Shown piece after piece: positions 51,711 through 64,000 of a stretch of DNA of 64,000 nucleotides. The notes below the pieces were generated by a model. That model was given only the letters and a program-made list of their open reading frames with translations, had not been told where the DNA came from and did no database searches. Numbering within the stretch: the stretch's first letter is position 1; every line of letters starts with the position of its first letter. Origin of the DNA: Lama guanicoe (taxonomy: Eukaryota); contig MU054323.1 in the NCBI GenBank assembly GCA_013239625.1, forward strand, positions 992,001 through 1,056,000. The letters run 5' to 3'. The position numbers were made by a program, and so were the translations under genes.

Positions 51711-52399
51711 GGTCGCGTCATTTCACGAGACTGATCAAAGCTACTTCTGAGTCTGGGTCAGTGATTACATGCAGGGTTGTCTTAGTGCATTAGTCATAGA
51801 TAATGTCTTCTGAGAAGGTCAGTTTACTCAACGTCCTACCTTTTCCTCTCCCCACCACTGAAGTATTGGGCAATTACACTCTCTGAGAGAACCATCTTCT
51901 CTGTGACTTGCTTATGCCTTAGGAGAGAGAAGCTAACTCTTGGAATCTTACAGAAACAATTACACTCACAGCAGCTCTGGCTTTTGCATTTCTGCAGGGC
52001 CTGGTGGAGAGCGCCACACACTAATTAGCAGCATTTCCCAGTGACTCAGCATCTCCTTTAGCCTCTTTAGGCTTCCGCCTTTTGAAGACCTGCTGACTTT
52101 GGTTTGGAAAAGCACAGTGATTAGACCCAGTGTCCTTTTCAGACAGAGCTTTACTTATCCTTCTCATAATGTTTATCTCACAATATCAGCCTGATCCTCA
52201 CTCCTCCAGACCCAGAGGAGACGGTAAATGAAGACACAGCAGTGCTTTCAGCTCTTCCCGAGGCCACTTGTTCACTCAGGTCTCCAAGGTTCTCCCTAAC
52301 ATTCACAATACCTAAGAATCCAACTGCCACACCATGTCTCTGGAAATCTTTCTATAGTCCCCAGATAGCTCATAATTTCTCAGAGAAATCTAAAACATT

Positions 52400-53850
52400 G
52401 ATTAGTCTATTTTTAAAGCCTTTTCATTATAACATAAAATACATATACACAAAAAAATCATAAACTATGTCACTTAATGAGTCATTGTAAGTTACAAATA
52501 CCCACTAACTACAACCCGGGTCACAAAAGTGAACTTTGCCAGCTAACCCAGAAACTTTGCAACTGATCCTGATAATAACCCAATCCCTCTCCCAAATGTT
52601 ATCACTAATTTGATTGTTGTAATCACTTCTTATAGCTTATTATCCAAGTGTTCATCCTCATTCGCTATAGCTTAATCTTGTTTAAAAATATGTTATGTAT
52701 TTTAAGTCTATTTTAAGCTAAAGTTTTCACCCTCTCTCCTTTTGATTTCCTTTTATCTTGTGAAAACTCTGGGTCATTTGGCTGGTAGAATTTCCCAAAG
52801 TCTAGATTTTGCTGATTATATACTCATGGTGCAGCTCAACATCTTCCGTCCTCTGTATTTCTTGCAAATTAGCAGCTAGATCCAGAAGCTTGATTTATCT
52901 CATGTTCAGTCCTTTGACAAGACCAGAGATGGTGTGATGCTCTCTCATTAGGAGGCACAGGATGTCTGGGTTTCACTCTATGATATCAGCAAATGTTGAT
53001 GCTCAACATCTATATCCACTGGGGATTGCAAAATGTTGATATTCTTTTTCTTTCATTTCCTTTTTAGTTATTGGTTGGAATATTTTTGTAAAGAGAAAAT
53101 GCCTCACATGCTTTCTGTATACTTACTGGTACAGTTCATATAAATCAGGTAGAATACATACTTGATTCTCTCCTTCAACTTTTAGAAAGAGGTGGGGTTC
53201 AGGATATTGCTTCACAGAGCTCCCTCCTCTCTTGCTTTCATGGAGTGTTCAAAGATATGGAAGCCTTCTTTCTCAGACTTCTTGGGTTTGTTCCCTAGCA
53301 CTTTATTTAGAGTTCTTATACCTTCCCCTCTCTTTACTTCTAACCTGCTCAACACTGAATCCTCTCAGCAGTGTGGGGCTCTCTTCTGGAAGGGTGCTCT
53401 GGTGGCTTAGTCTTAAATTTTCACAGCAGCCAAAATGCAACAGCTCCTTCAAGCATTACTATCAATCCTGCTACTGTAATGGGCGGTACTGCGCTCAGCC
53501 TCAGCTATTGTTCTTAAATTGGTTCACAGCATTTTAAAGCAAATACCTATGGGCTAGTTTGAGGCGCTAGTCTCAGGTCCTTCAGACACCTTGTTGCTTC
53601 TCTCTGATGTTGTCTGTGCTTCTCGGTTGATGTCAATTTGAATGCTGATGCTACTTAGGTCCGTAACTGTCGGTGGGCTGTCCTCACAGGCTTTGTTTAT
53701 GGGATTCGTGGAGATATCTGTCAGTCTGTTTTGTTGTAAATTTTGTCCATGGGTTTTGGTTTTGCAAAATATTGAATATTCATGTGGATATTCAGAGATT
53801 TAAAAAAAAATGTCTTTGCTGTAGCCTTGGTCCCAGAACTCCCTCCGATC
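52400..53850 (-). mobile_element. Old L1MC/MD fragments
   Basis: TAGAATTTCCCAAAGTCTAGATTTTGCTGATT; CATTAGGAGGCACAGGATGTCTGG resemble L1MC 3' UTR motifs. The right boundary is uncertain. Confidence 0.6.
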
Positions 53851-53964
53851 AGTCTAATTTTTAATTCATACGCAGGCATCATTACTGAAGTTCTAGCTAT
53901 GTTCTGATGCAGCTAAACACTTAGGAAATTATTTCTGTAGTCCAAATGGCGAAATGAAAAGAGA

Positions 53965-54650
53965 AATGGTGTGGCTCAGATTAGGGTGACAGCATTGGGA
54001 ATGAAGAGAAAAGGCTCTATTAGCAAAATGTTTTGAATGTAAAGTCTAGAAGACTTGCTGATGTATTGCTTATGAGGGATTATGTAAAGTAAGTAATCAA
54101 GGATCACACCAAGATTTTGGCTTAAGAAACTGGAAGGATGGTGAACCATTCACTTAGATAGGATGGAAGTACTGTTTTAGAATGGGTAGGAGTAGCATTT
54201 GGGGAAGAATCAAGAGTTCTGTTTCAAATATGTTCATTTTTAGATGCATATCTGACATTTAAGTGGATATGTCAAGGAGGACTTATATGTACAATCTGAG
54301 TTTGTGCTTTCTGGAAGAGGTCGGAGCTGGAGATAGAAGTATTAGATCATTGTGACATACAGATATAATTCAGTGCTGAGTGGGTTAGAGTGTTAGAGAA
54401 GAGGCCTCTGGATTACAATTGAGAGAAGAGAAGAGGTCAGAGAAAACTAAGAAAGAGAGGTCAGGGACATAGGGGGAGAATCAGAAGAGTACAGTGCGCC
54501 CAAAGCCAAGGGAGTGATGGATTTCAGTAAGAATGGAATATCAATGTAGGATGTTTCCGAGAGTTTGTGTAAGTTAAGGGTAAAGAAGTGATCATAGGAT
54601 TTGACAACATTAAGGTCACTGTCTTTGGAAAGGTCATTACAAGCAGCAAA
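53965..54650 (-). mobile_element. L2 fragment
   Basis: ATCAAGGATCACACCAAGATTTTGGCTTAAGAAACTGGAAGGATGG; AATCAAGAGTTCTGTTT; TAGGATTTGACAACATTAAGGTCACTG. Confidence 0.8.
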
Positions 54651-54819
54651 ATTAGGGACAGTACAGAATATGAAATTAACGTTTGTCCTCAGAACTTTCC
54701 AGGTGTAGGGAACCAATGGACTATTTCCAAAAGAAAAGGTAAACTTTGCTTGGGGTTAATGTTACTCTCCAGATAGCTGTAGAAGACAAAATATATCAGC
54801 AATCTGGACCGCCTACAAC

Positions 54820-55012
54820 TGCACTGTTCAATAATGGTAGCCACTGGCCGTGGATGGCTATTTACGTAATTTAGGTTAATTAAAATGAAATATTATTGAA
54901 AATGACTCATCACATTTTAAGCACTCAATAGCCACATCGGCTGGTGTCTACTTTATTGAACGACACATGTGTAAGATAGTTCCATCCTCATCAAGAGTTC
55001 TATTAGATGGTA
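54820..55012 (-). mobile_element. MER3-type hAT-Charlie element
   Basis: CTGTTCAATAATGGTAGCCACTGGCC...CACATTTTAAGCACTCAATAGCCACAT...AGTTCTATTAGA. Confidence 0.75.
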
Positions 55013-55599
55013 TTTCCCTAGAGGAGAGATTCTTCTTCATTGGCCTTAACTGCTAAAGAAAACATGGGGGTTTCAGTGGTTTAATTAAGGATTGAAAGAA
55101 TAGGGAATGTGCCTACATCTCATTCTTCTCTGCCTGCCCACAGTGCTGAGAGACACACCACCCACAATGTCCTGGATGATGTCCGAGGATGGATGAGATG
55201 AAGAATGAAGCAGACCAACAGTCACAAGATGTTATTACCCATAATGCATATGAAAATTAAAGCAAAAAAAAAAACTCAACCTGACCTGCGAGGTGTGTCA
55301 AGGGACTGAGACAGCTGCTGCCAGACCCCACTAGCCCTGAGACCCAAGAAGAGTCCTACGAGGGAAGAGAGAACAAGTTCCCTTGGTCACATTATATTGA
55401 AAAGTTGCTCATCGAGTGGCTCTTTGTATGCGCTTACCGTTTCCTGACGTGTCCTCTCCTTCCCTCCCTTCCTACTGCCATCACAACCGAATGCTCTCCT
55501 TTGCATGAATGCCCTCCTATGCATGAATGCCTCCCTTCGCTGAGCTCACGTAGCGCTTGTACAAGTCACACAGAACCTAACTACTCTGGCTTTTCATGT

Positions 55600-55830
55600 A
55601 GCTTTTGCAGTGGAAAGAGTACAGGCTTCGACAGAAAGCCCCGGATTTGGATCCTGATTCTACCTATCCACTAGCATTGTGATTCAGATGAGTGATTCTG
55701 CTTTTCTGATCTTCTGTTTCCTTCTCTGTAAAACTGGAACGCTAATACCTCCTCTGAAAAACTTCTGACTTTTAGATGATGTAATCTGTGTCAATGTCTT
55801 CAGCACCATGCCTGACAAATGTAGGGGGTG
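55600..55830 (+). mobile_element. MIR SINE
   Basis: TTCTGTTTCCTTCTCTGTAAAACTGGAACGCTAATACCT...CAGCACCATGCCTGACA. Confidence 0.75.
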
Positions 55831-56196
55831 CATGATGCGAGTTCAATCCTTAAGATACACTTCTCTCTACAGAGAGGGACTGCTGTTGTGCTAAGACTGG
55901 GTCTACAACTCGGTATTACAAAATCCCTTCTAAGCTTTTCACTTGTCATGCCGTGTAGTTACTACTTGAGGAAAGCATGAATTAATTCAGAGGTTCACAG
56001 ATATGCCTAAGGTAGAGATCAGCCTTGGCTCTAAAGCAGGAGTTTACAAAGAAATAAATGGTCCATTGGGAGCATCAACTCAACTGGGACTCGGGTATAT
56101 GTCTGTTATTCTTTGAACTTATATCTGACTCAACAACTTGAAGTTACTTTCTACGGGAAAAACCCCAGTGTAATATCTCAAACTCTCACCTAAAGG

Positions 56197-56365
56197 TACC
56201 CAATAGAACTACACAATGATGAAAATGTCCTGTATCTTCTCTGTTGGGTTCAGTGGCTTTTGAACACATGAGATATAGTTAGTGCAACTAAATTTTTCAT
56301 TGTATTTAATTTTAATAATTTGAAATGAAAATTGAATAGCCACATGTGACTAGTGACAACAGCTT
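56197..56365 (+). mobile_element. MER3-type hAT-Charlie element
   Basis: CCAATAGAACT...ATGATGAAAATGTCCTGTATCT...AATAGCCACATGTGACTAGTG. Confidence 0.75.
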
Positions 56366-57254
56366 TTGAATTCACAGCCTGAGGATGTGAGGAAGAAGAC
56401 TTCAGACACCTTTCAATCCAACCTCTTCATTTGACAAATATAGAACAACAAAAGAATCAGTATTTCCTGAGTACTTTCCATATGCCAGCCCTGTGCTAAA
56501 AACTTTCATGTTATTTTCTTTTAAGATTCCTCATGGCCTTAAGAAGTAAATATCACCCACATTTTACATTTAGGAAACCTCTCTTAGAGGCACATGGTTA
56601 TGCTCATTTCATTTAGTCTTTGTTAAGAAGGATAGAAGAGTGTGGGAGCAACCAATGTGGATCACCCCATATAAATTTCAACCTCATTCAGGAGTTAGTC
56701 AGTACCACATAGGAGCCTGTAGGAACGTATAAAAAAATTGGTGAAATGAAAATCTAAACTCAACATTACTTTAGCAGAACCAGTAATGATTCCTTTCAAT
56801 CACCTTCACTCCTGTCCCTTCTAACTTTTAGCACCAGGAAGTTTGTCTTCATGTCACACCCAATTTCCTGGCAGCCATGCCTTCTCTAATTATGCAACAT
56901 AAATTTTAGCACTAGCCTAAGCAGGATAAAATCAGGTGGTAGGATTGTTTCAGAAATACACTGATGATGCATGAAAAATTAACACATCAATTCGTTTTTC
57001 ATGAGTCAACCCTGTTAGTTGCATCACAACTCCCATAAGCGAGAAAAACTGAATGTTTTGTTGGCAATTCCGTCCAATAAGTTTAAAAGTTTCTTTCCAT
57101 TTATTCTTGTGTTGACTCTTAGCAATTCAAACTTGAATGATTTTATTGTGCAAAATCCTATTGTCTGTTGCTTCGTTCTTCTAACTGACACCTATTCCCA
57201 TACTCCTTTTCTCAAAGCACAGTTTTAGTGATATTGTTCATTCTACTCTCATTA

Positions 57255-57416
57255 GCCTAGCATTTCAGAACTTCTAGCCCTCTCAGCTTGCAGGTGTCAG
57301 AATTTTGGGGATCATGGGACATTTTGGCCTCCAAAATCACATGAGCCAATTCCTATAATAAATCTCCTTATAGGTATCCTATTGGTTCTGTGTCTTTGGA
57401 AAATCCTGGCTAACGC
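57255..57416 (+). mobile_element. MLT2 LTR 3' fragment
   Basis: GCCTCCAAAATCACATGAGCCAATTCCTATAATAAATCTC...CCTATTGGTTCTGTGTCTTTGGAAAATCCTGGCTAA. Confidence 0.8.
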
Positions 57417-58882
57417 AATGAGGGTATATCAGTTATATCACTGTACCATCAAGAAGCCACTTCCGGCCCATCCCCTGTTGATGGGAAGAGAGGTCAATAG
57501 ATGGAGGACGAAGAGGATGAGTTCCAGGGTCACTTCTTCCTCCCAGAGGACAGCTTCAGGCTCCCCCACAGTAGAGAAGGGAGGGGCCTTGCCCAACAAG
57601 TTAGAATTAAGAGGTTTTAGCACTACAAACACATACTCAGAATCAAAGGAAACATTCCCAAAGTGAAAAAGACAGTTCATTCACACTAGACAGAGAGGCT
57701 CTAGCAGTGGGAAGACATTAGTGGTGCTGAAATGCGAACTATAAATACCGTTCCTGGAAAGAAAACACTCAGAACTGCCACGGACACGGCAGGAAAGGTG
57801 TTGAAAACCCAGCCAGGCAGAGGTGTTGCAGCGGCTTCGAGAACCAGGTGGCAGTCTTTGTAACTAGAAATAGGGGAGGATGAGAGCAGAAGGTTAGAAA
57901 TAAGGTCAGCAGATAGAACTGCAGGAAGGGAGAGAAATGTTTTCTTCCCACAACCACTGCTGACATAGTGAAATGTGGTCTCACCACTGCCGTCACACCC
58001 TGAGTGCGGGAGAGCAGAGACAGAGAACTCACAATTCTTTCCTTCCGTGCATAAAACCTTCAGGATGTTTGGCCTTTCTGGAACCACAGGACCCCTGCGC
58101 AGTGAACAGCCTTGGCACATCCTCACTGTCCTATTCCTAAAAGACCACTGAGGTCTAAAAGTGCCTGCAAAGCTGTGGCCTCAATTCTTCCACGTGTTTC
58201 TACATGAGGAAGCTAGAGACTCATTAACGTTGTTCTGTTCACATGTTGTCCCTTTCCACACTATGTTAGGGTGGCCCAGACTATCAAGTTAGGGCTTACA
58301 AGGATCCAAATCTCATAAAGAAGAGATTTATATAAGATCCAAGATAATTCTTAGCAGAGCAAGGTAAAAATCTGTCTGCGTGAATGCATACCAAGGCACT
58401 TCTCCACAGGCTTTAATATGAAACAGTGAGAAGGGTCAGATGAAGGGACACCTCATCCACATGCTTATGAGATTAGAGCTTGTTATTCACACCAATTCCC
58501 TTTCATAAATTGGTTTCTGGAGTCTGATATGTTACAATCAAATCAGGTCTCTGAAATCCATTTTCTGTTGATAGTCTTAACAACTGACTTGAATTGTTTT
58601 CTAACCTGGAAATGGAAATCTTAAAGACGTAGGCACACTCTGCACATCCTGCCTGGAAACTTCACCTGAATTAAGGTTGCCACACCTCCTTTTGACAAAG
58701 TACTTACGAAGCCCCTCCACACAGGGTTGGGCTTCTCATTTCCCTCACATTCTCTAGATGTGTCTTTGCACACCAGGAAAGTTAATTCAAGGTACTGGCA
58801 GCCCAGGGATCTACTTTTAAAAAATTCTTGATAGCCTTGAGTCAGTGGAAAAGTTATTTCCAATCTGCCTGAGGAATAAACC

Positions 58883-59246
58883 AATAGGGAGGCCAAAGAA
58901 TAGGGAGAGAAACAGGGGAACAGCAGTGGTTAGAGCAGTCAGAACACACACACATTCATCTAGCTGTCTCAGATGGGCATGGCTTGTGGTGTCCCCTAGA
59001 CAATTACAAATAGAAGTGTTAGAGACCACTGATCACAGATCACTGAAACAAATACAATAATAATGAAAATGTCTCGAATATTGTGAGAATTAATGTGACA
59101 CAGAGACACAGAATGAACAAATGCTGCTGGAAAAATGGCACCAACAGATTTTGCTTTACACAGGGTTTCACAAACCTTCAATTTGTCAATAATGCAATAT
59201 CTGCAAAAACCAATAAAGTGAAGCTCAATAAAATGAGATATGCCTG
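58883..59246 (-). mobile_element. Tigger1 (TcMar-Tigger) 5' end
   Basis: Reverse complement begins CAGGCATATCTCATTTTATTGAGCTTCACTTTATTG..., matching the Tigger1 5' terminus; flanked by TA (59247-59248). Confidence 0.9.
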
Positions 59247-61479
59247 TAGTAACTTTCTGTGCTCTATTATCCTTTTATTCAAAACCTGCTTCTCAAAATT
59301 CTGGCTTCATCTTATTGGAATTTATTTAGTATGTGGTTTTTGGGCATTGTATTTTTAAGCCAATGTTTTACCCAAGTATGACTTTGTCCAGTAAAGTCAG
59401 GCACTCGAGGGCTGTTCTGGCGAGTTCCCCAGCGCACCCTTAGCTTATTCCTAGCCTACACCAGTTTGGCTTTGGCCTTATCTCAGCTCCTGATCCCAGG
59501 ATTTCACTTCCTTTCATACTTTCATTTGGACATGGAATCTGAGGTGTTTACTGTCCAGAACCATGATCTGATCTCTATGTTCAGTGCCCAATGCTACTCC
59601 TGTTCTCTGTTCCACCCTCCCCCTGCTTTCTGCACTGGCTTCCTACAAGATATTGGAACATCTGGAACAGTCTGCAGCACAACATCAATTCAATGGCAAG
59701 CTGGGAGGTAGAGGAGTTCAACAGGAAGTTAGTGAATCACAGGCACAGAATTGCAGCCCTTAGGGAAGGACAGCAAATCTAATTACATAGTGTGCTATAT
59801 CTTTTCCAGCTCCAGGCCAGGTATGGAGAATCAAAGCATCCCCAGGTAACAGACCAGTGACAATTTTAGAAGTGCAGGGTGGTGGTAGTGTCAGGGAGAG
59901 AGCCAGGATGTCTTAGAAATTTTGTCTAAAATGGAGCATAGAAACATAGGAAGAGAATTCAGTCCTGAGATGGGGCTTGGCAGCGTCAAGCACACTGGCA
60001 AGTTTCTGATGGGCTCTAACTCTGGCCCCTGCACAATGAATGTACGTCCCTGAGGCCCAGGTCGGGCTCCCCGGCAGGCGGCAATGTCTTGCAGGATAAA
60101 AAATTCCAGGCACAAGGAGCCTGGGAGTTTTTTCACGGGTAGATTCAAGTTATGGTTGCTACCTGTAACAATGAAGAACCAGTGGGACTTTCTGCCATCA
60201 GACACAAACGATCACTACATTTCAACACTCTTTGGGTTTGAGTGAAAAGGGTGACTCATATCCCGACCATTTAACTTCTCCCTAGCTCCACAGAGCTGGC
60301 AGGTGACTATCTGTACTGCATCTGTACAGCACTCATTAACTTGTTCATCTATCTTTTATACAAAAAGTGCTGCTTGTCACATCAAATGTAGGAGAGGAGG
60401 ACAGAGTCACTGATTTGCTGTAGGGCAAAGATTAAGAAAACGTTTCCAAGTATTTTCTGTGTTGTCACTTGGCAGTTTCAAATGCTTCATTGCATCTAAT
60501 GCAATAAAAAGCACCCAGTATCTCCAACAAAATGTGCCTGCCCTCTGATTGCTAGTTTTGTGATGGCCTGTTAGATTTCTTGATGTGGCATTTGCTTTAA
60601 ATGCAGAAAATGGTGTCCATCTATTTTCTTCTTGATGTTTACTGCAGTTTGGACATAATGTTCCATTTTTTTGGTATGACAATCACCACGTCAGGCCAGT
60701 CAGTCTTCTTATGTCTGAGGGACAGATCTGAGCACGGAGGCTAAACATAAATATTTTAAAAATGAGAGGAACAGACAGTCTTCTAGAGTAAAGCTGTAAA
60801 ATCAAGTCTCTGTAACTACTTTATCTGGGAGAGAATGAGAAAGTATAGGTCCTTGAAGTGAATGAGACACGCCATCTAAGAAATGCTCCAGGTACCTGAA
60901 CTTTTCTTTTTAAGAGAATTTAAAGGTGAAAAATTTAACTTACACATCCTGAATTAGTATTTCCAGAACATATTATATTTCTTTTTTCATAGTGAATTCT
61001 CTTGAAATCCAGCTCTATGACTTATATTATGAGAGTGATAAAAGGGTTTTTAAGGTCAAATAAGTTTGGGCAATGCTGGATTAAACAATGCAAAAAAAAA
61101 GGCTTATGTGTTATCATCTTTATTATTTTATATGGTAATATGCAGTATGAATCACCTAAAGAGTTACATAAAATGCAGTTGTTCAAAACCTTATCTGGCC
61201 ATAAAACCCGCTTCTCAAAACTTCAATTTTGAGTTATTAGTATGTCATGAAATATGCTTGTAGAATCTCATTATTATAATCTTTACTGCCTTTTAAAATA
61301 AGCTACACTGAATATTTCTCTTGCTGATCAATATATTTTTGGTTGTCAATATAATCTGGGGTTGTAACGTGATGGATGACCTGAGAAACACTGGACAATT
61401 TCTTCCTACATTAAATGCCAAGTAGTGACATGTGTGGGTATGGGGGGTTAGCTCTTTCGTATGCTTATCAAAATAAAAT

Positions 61480-62470
61480 TCCACTGGTAGCTGTGAGTCA
61501 TTCACATGATGCTGACGTGACAGTTCTGTCCCTCTGGGCAGCTGTCTGTGTGCATGCCTGTAGCAATTCCTTTACCACCTGTCATTTTTTTGTTCCTCAA
61601 TCACCGCACATTAGGAAGCCAAATAAAGGGTAATGTAGGGAAACAGCACCGGGCAGGGGAAAACAACAAACAGGGCCATTTGGGGTCAATTAGAATTACG
61701 CATACTTGACTTCAAAACCTGGCTTTGCCCCTTACCAGGTGTGAAATTCAGAAAAAATGTGACTACTCTGAGCCTCTGTTTTCTCATCTACACATGAAAG
61801 TAGACGCATCTGTAGAAGCTAGAGAGAGAGAGAGAGAGAGACTTTCTTTCCTCCTGCCTGTCTCCCCATCTCCTCCCCCAGGTTCCTCCACCACTCAGGA
61901 GAGGAGTTTCCTATAAAATGCTGAAAGGTTGGAGTTTTAATTTACTAGTAGACAAATTCAATGTGCATTAAGTGGCCACACGTGCAGGCTTGAGCCACCC
62001 CCCACCCCCACCGCCCCAGCATGGCCAGCTCCTCCTCTCTCCTCTCTCCTTATTTCATGAGGAAGTGAGAGGCTGACTAACCTGGACTCAAGCCTGGGCA
62101 GAAGGCGGAGACCAGCGCCCCTTTCTCAGGATGCCCATGCGGGCACGGGCGCAGCTGATGCTGAGGCAGTATTTTTTCATTTTATTTCTACTGCTTTCAG
62201 TGTGTCTCCACAGAGTTCAATCTGGAATCCCTCAATCAGAGGGAATGGGAGGTGCTCTGTAGGGCTGTATTTGCCCTAAACTTTGGTCACATTTCCATCA
62301 AATGCCTCGAATACATCTAAACACACCTACCTCACTCTCCCTCCCAGTATAAAGGGGAGAATTAAGTGAAGAGATTCTAAAGTCACTGACGTTTTCCCAC
62401 CTAGGAACACCTCTTCTTGTCATTAGAACTACTTCTAAAGTACAGATGAGTGACGTCAGGGTAAGTTTCT
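61480..62470. promoter_or_regulatory. Candidate enhancer motif cluster
   Basis: TGAGTCA (61494), TGCTGACGTGA (61510), CACGTG (61979), CACCC/GC boxes (~61996-62017), GAGGAAGTG (62059), TGACTAA (62074), TGACGTCA (62451). Confidence 0.4.
61821..61841. repeat. (GA)n microsatellite
   Basis: Read directly; follows a MIR fragment (~61690-61800). Confidence 0.9.
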
Positions 62471-63514
62471 GATGATCTTTCCTATAAACCAAATGCATGA
62501 GCTCCTGTGTGGACTTCACAGATTACAGCTACGTTCCAGATTAATCACCTGGATAAAAAACGTATTGTCCAATTTTACACTTGCCTTTTGGTATCCAAGA
62601 AGCATAAATTTTACCTAAATTTTAATAAATAGAGCAGTATTAAAAAGAAAAATAATTTCTTCATAAGCATGTCATTTAATATGCTCTATTACAAATGATA
62701 GCTTTATAAAGGGTTGCCTACCTGCGATACCACTCCAGTGATCATAGCTGGAACCACATTAGGGCTTGTTCCTAAATAGGTCTGACTGATTCACGTATTA
62801 GCTACACATAGAATACTGTTTCCTCTGCCTGTCATCTATCTTGTTGAGGGCTTATGTGGCAATCTGTTAGATCAGGAAGACTCATCCTCTGGGCCACTGG
62901 TAAAAATAAACATTCCCTTGGCATTGTGTGGATTAGTCTGATCTGTGAATTTGATGAATAAATGCAGATGTTAAGAGAAATGCTCTGTGCTCCCTACCCC
63001 ATTATCCTAATAAAGGCTGGATTTTTAAAAATGGAAATTACAGGCAAGAGCTTGAGATGTAATTTCTTTAAATGAGATTTCTGTTGGCCAGTGGAATAAG
63101 AACGGTGGAACCTTTTATTTTTTCTTCACTCTATTGCTGCCTTTGGTAAGTTTGATCTTTCTTGTTAGGAATTAAAAACTTACAGAATACTTTAGGAGAA
63201 AAAGCTCTTTACAGTGTCCAGAAAAGTGAGAAAATCTAATTTAATCCTCCTGAAAAGTACATCTTACAGCGCTAGACTGGTATAGCATTTTGAATGCATG
63301 TCAATTACCTATTTGGAACATTCAATTTGAATGTTTTTCTTAAGGGACATTCTTTTATGACCTTAAACAATAATAGCACTAAGTAATCTGAGATGAAAAT
63401 CATGTGTTATTCATAAAGGAAAAGTAATACTCCTTTACCTTCGTACTCTGCTGTTCCGTTTATAAATCTCCCTCCCCTGACCTTTCATCTGACCCTCCTT
63501 ATAGTTTTGTGTGG

Positions 63515-63960
63515 ACAAGGTAATTGAGTGCTGAGAGGTTAAGAGACTCACCCCATGTCATGCTGCTACTGAGCAGCACGGGCATGGATGGAAATGGGCC
63601 TCAGCTTTTGATTCTCAATTCCTTTTCACCTCCTTTTTGAAATTTAACAGCACACATCCATATGTGTGCCAGGTTAAGATCCCGAGCCCAGACGTCTCAG
63701 GGATGTAGAGGGCAGGCTGATCTCTGCTTTCTGGGACTTTCATTTCACTTAGGGGAAGACAGACCAAAGCCACTTAACAAACAAATGTGATACTATCAGA
63801 TAATTACAAGCGAGGAAGGAAAAAATAACTTGGGGTTGGGGAGGCCAGTTACTCGGCCAATTTATCCAGGGTGGTGACGGAAGGTCTATCAGCTAGGAAT
63901 CATTCAAACTGAAAACCTCAGTTAAAGTAGTTTAAAGTACAGGAACATTATCTCACATGA
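63515..63960 (-). mobile_element. MIR fragment followed by L2 fragment
   Basis: GAGAGGTTAAGAGACTCACCCCATGTCA (MIR); ATGTGTGCCAGG...CCAGGGTGGTGACGGAAGGTCT...CATTCAAACTGAAAACCT (L2). Confidence 0.6.
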
Positions 63961-64000
63961 TCAAACCTGGAGGTGAGACATCTGGGGGTTGGTTGACTCA

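Noticed and set aside
52113..52151. CACAGTG heptamer with a 23-nt spacer (V(D)J recombination-signal-like)
   Set aside because: The nonamer position ACAGAGCTT matches only 4/9 of ACAAAAACC, and no V/D/J-like coding segment is nearby.
57701..58126. 141-aa Cys-containing minus-strand ORF
   Set aside because: No recognisable motif spacing or homology; likely a chance ORF in a GC-richer tract.
1..64000. CRISPR arrays, operons or other prokaryotic/viral systems
   Set aside because: The window is mammalian repeat-rich DNA with no regularly spaced repeat-spacer array and no long ORFs.

Overview
AT-rich, CpG-poor mammalian genomic DNA that looks intergenic or deep-intronic. I recognise no protein-coding gene, tRNA, rRNA or CpG island, and the supplied ORFs look like chance ORFs or repeat-derived ORFs. 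Most of the window is old eutherian interspersed repeats (L1M, L2, MIR, MLT1/MLT2 LTRs, MER3/MER53/MER58/Tigger1). There is also one ERV1-type solo LTR and several young, 5'-truncated L1 3' ends with intact target-site duplications (TSDs). These L1 tails, together with the absence of Alu, B1/B2, Bov-tA/BovB, PRE1 and SINEC, suggest a camelid; this is an inference from recalled consensus sequences. The clearest structural feature is a ~2.2 kb head-to-tail tandem duplication (28489-30685 / 30686-32888, ~99.4% identical by manual comparison) lying ~1 kb before a 132-N assembly gap. Several repeat-free tracts carry promoter- or enhancer-like motif clusters (15.6-15.9 kb, 57.7 kb, 61.5-62.5 kb) and exon-like splice-site pairs that could belong to unannotated non-coding transcripts; these are hypotheses only. 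I found no support for a novel biological system. Repeat family names come from memory and their boundaries are approximate.
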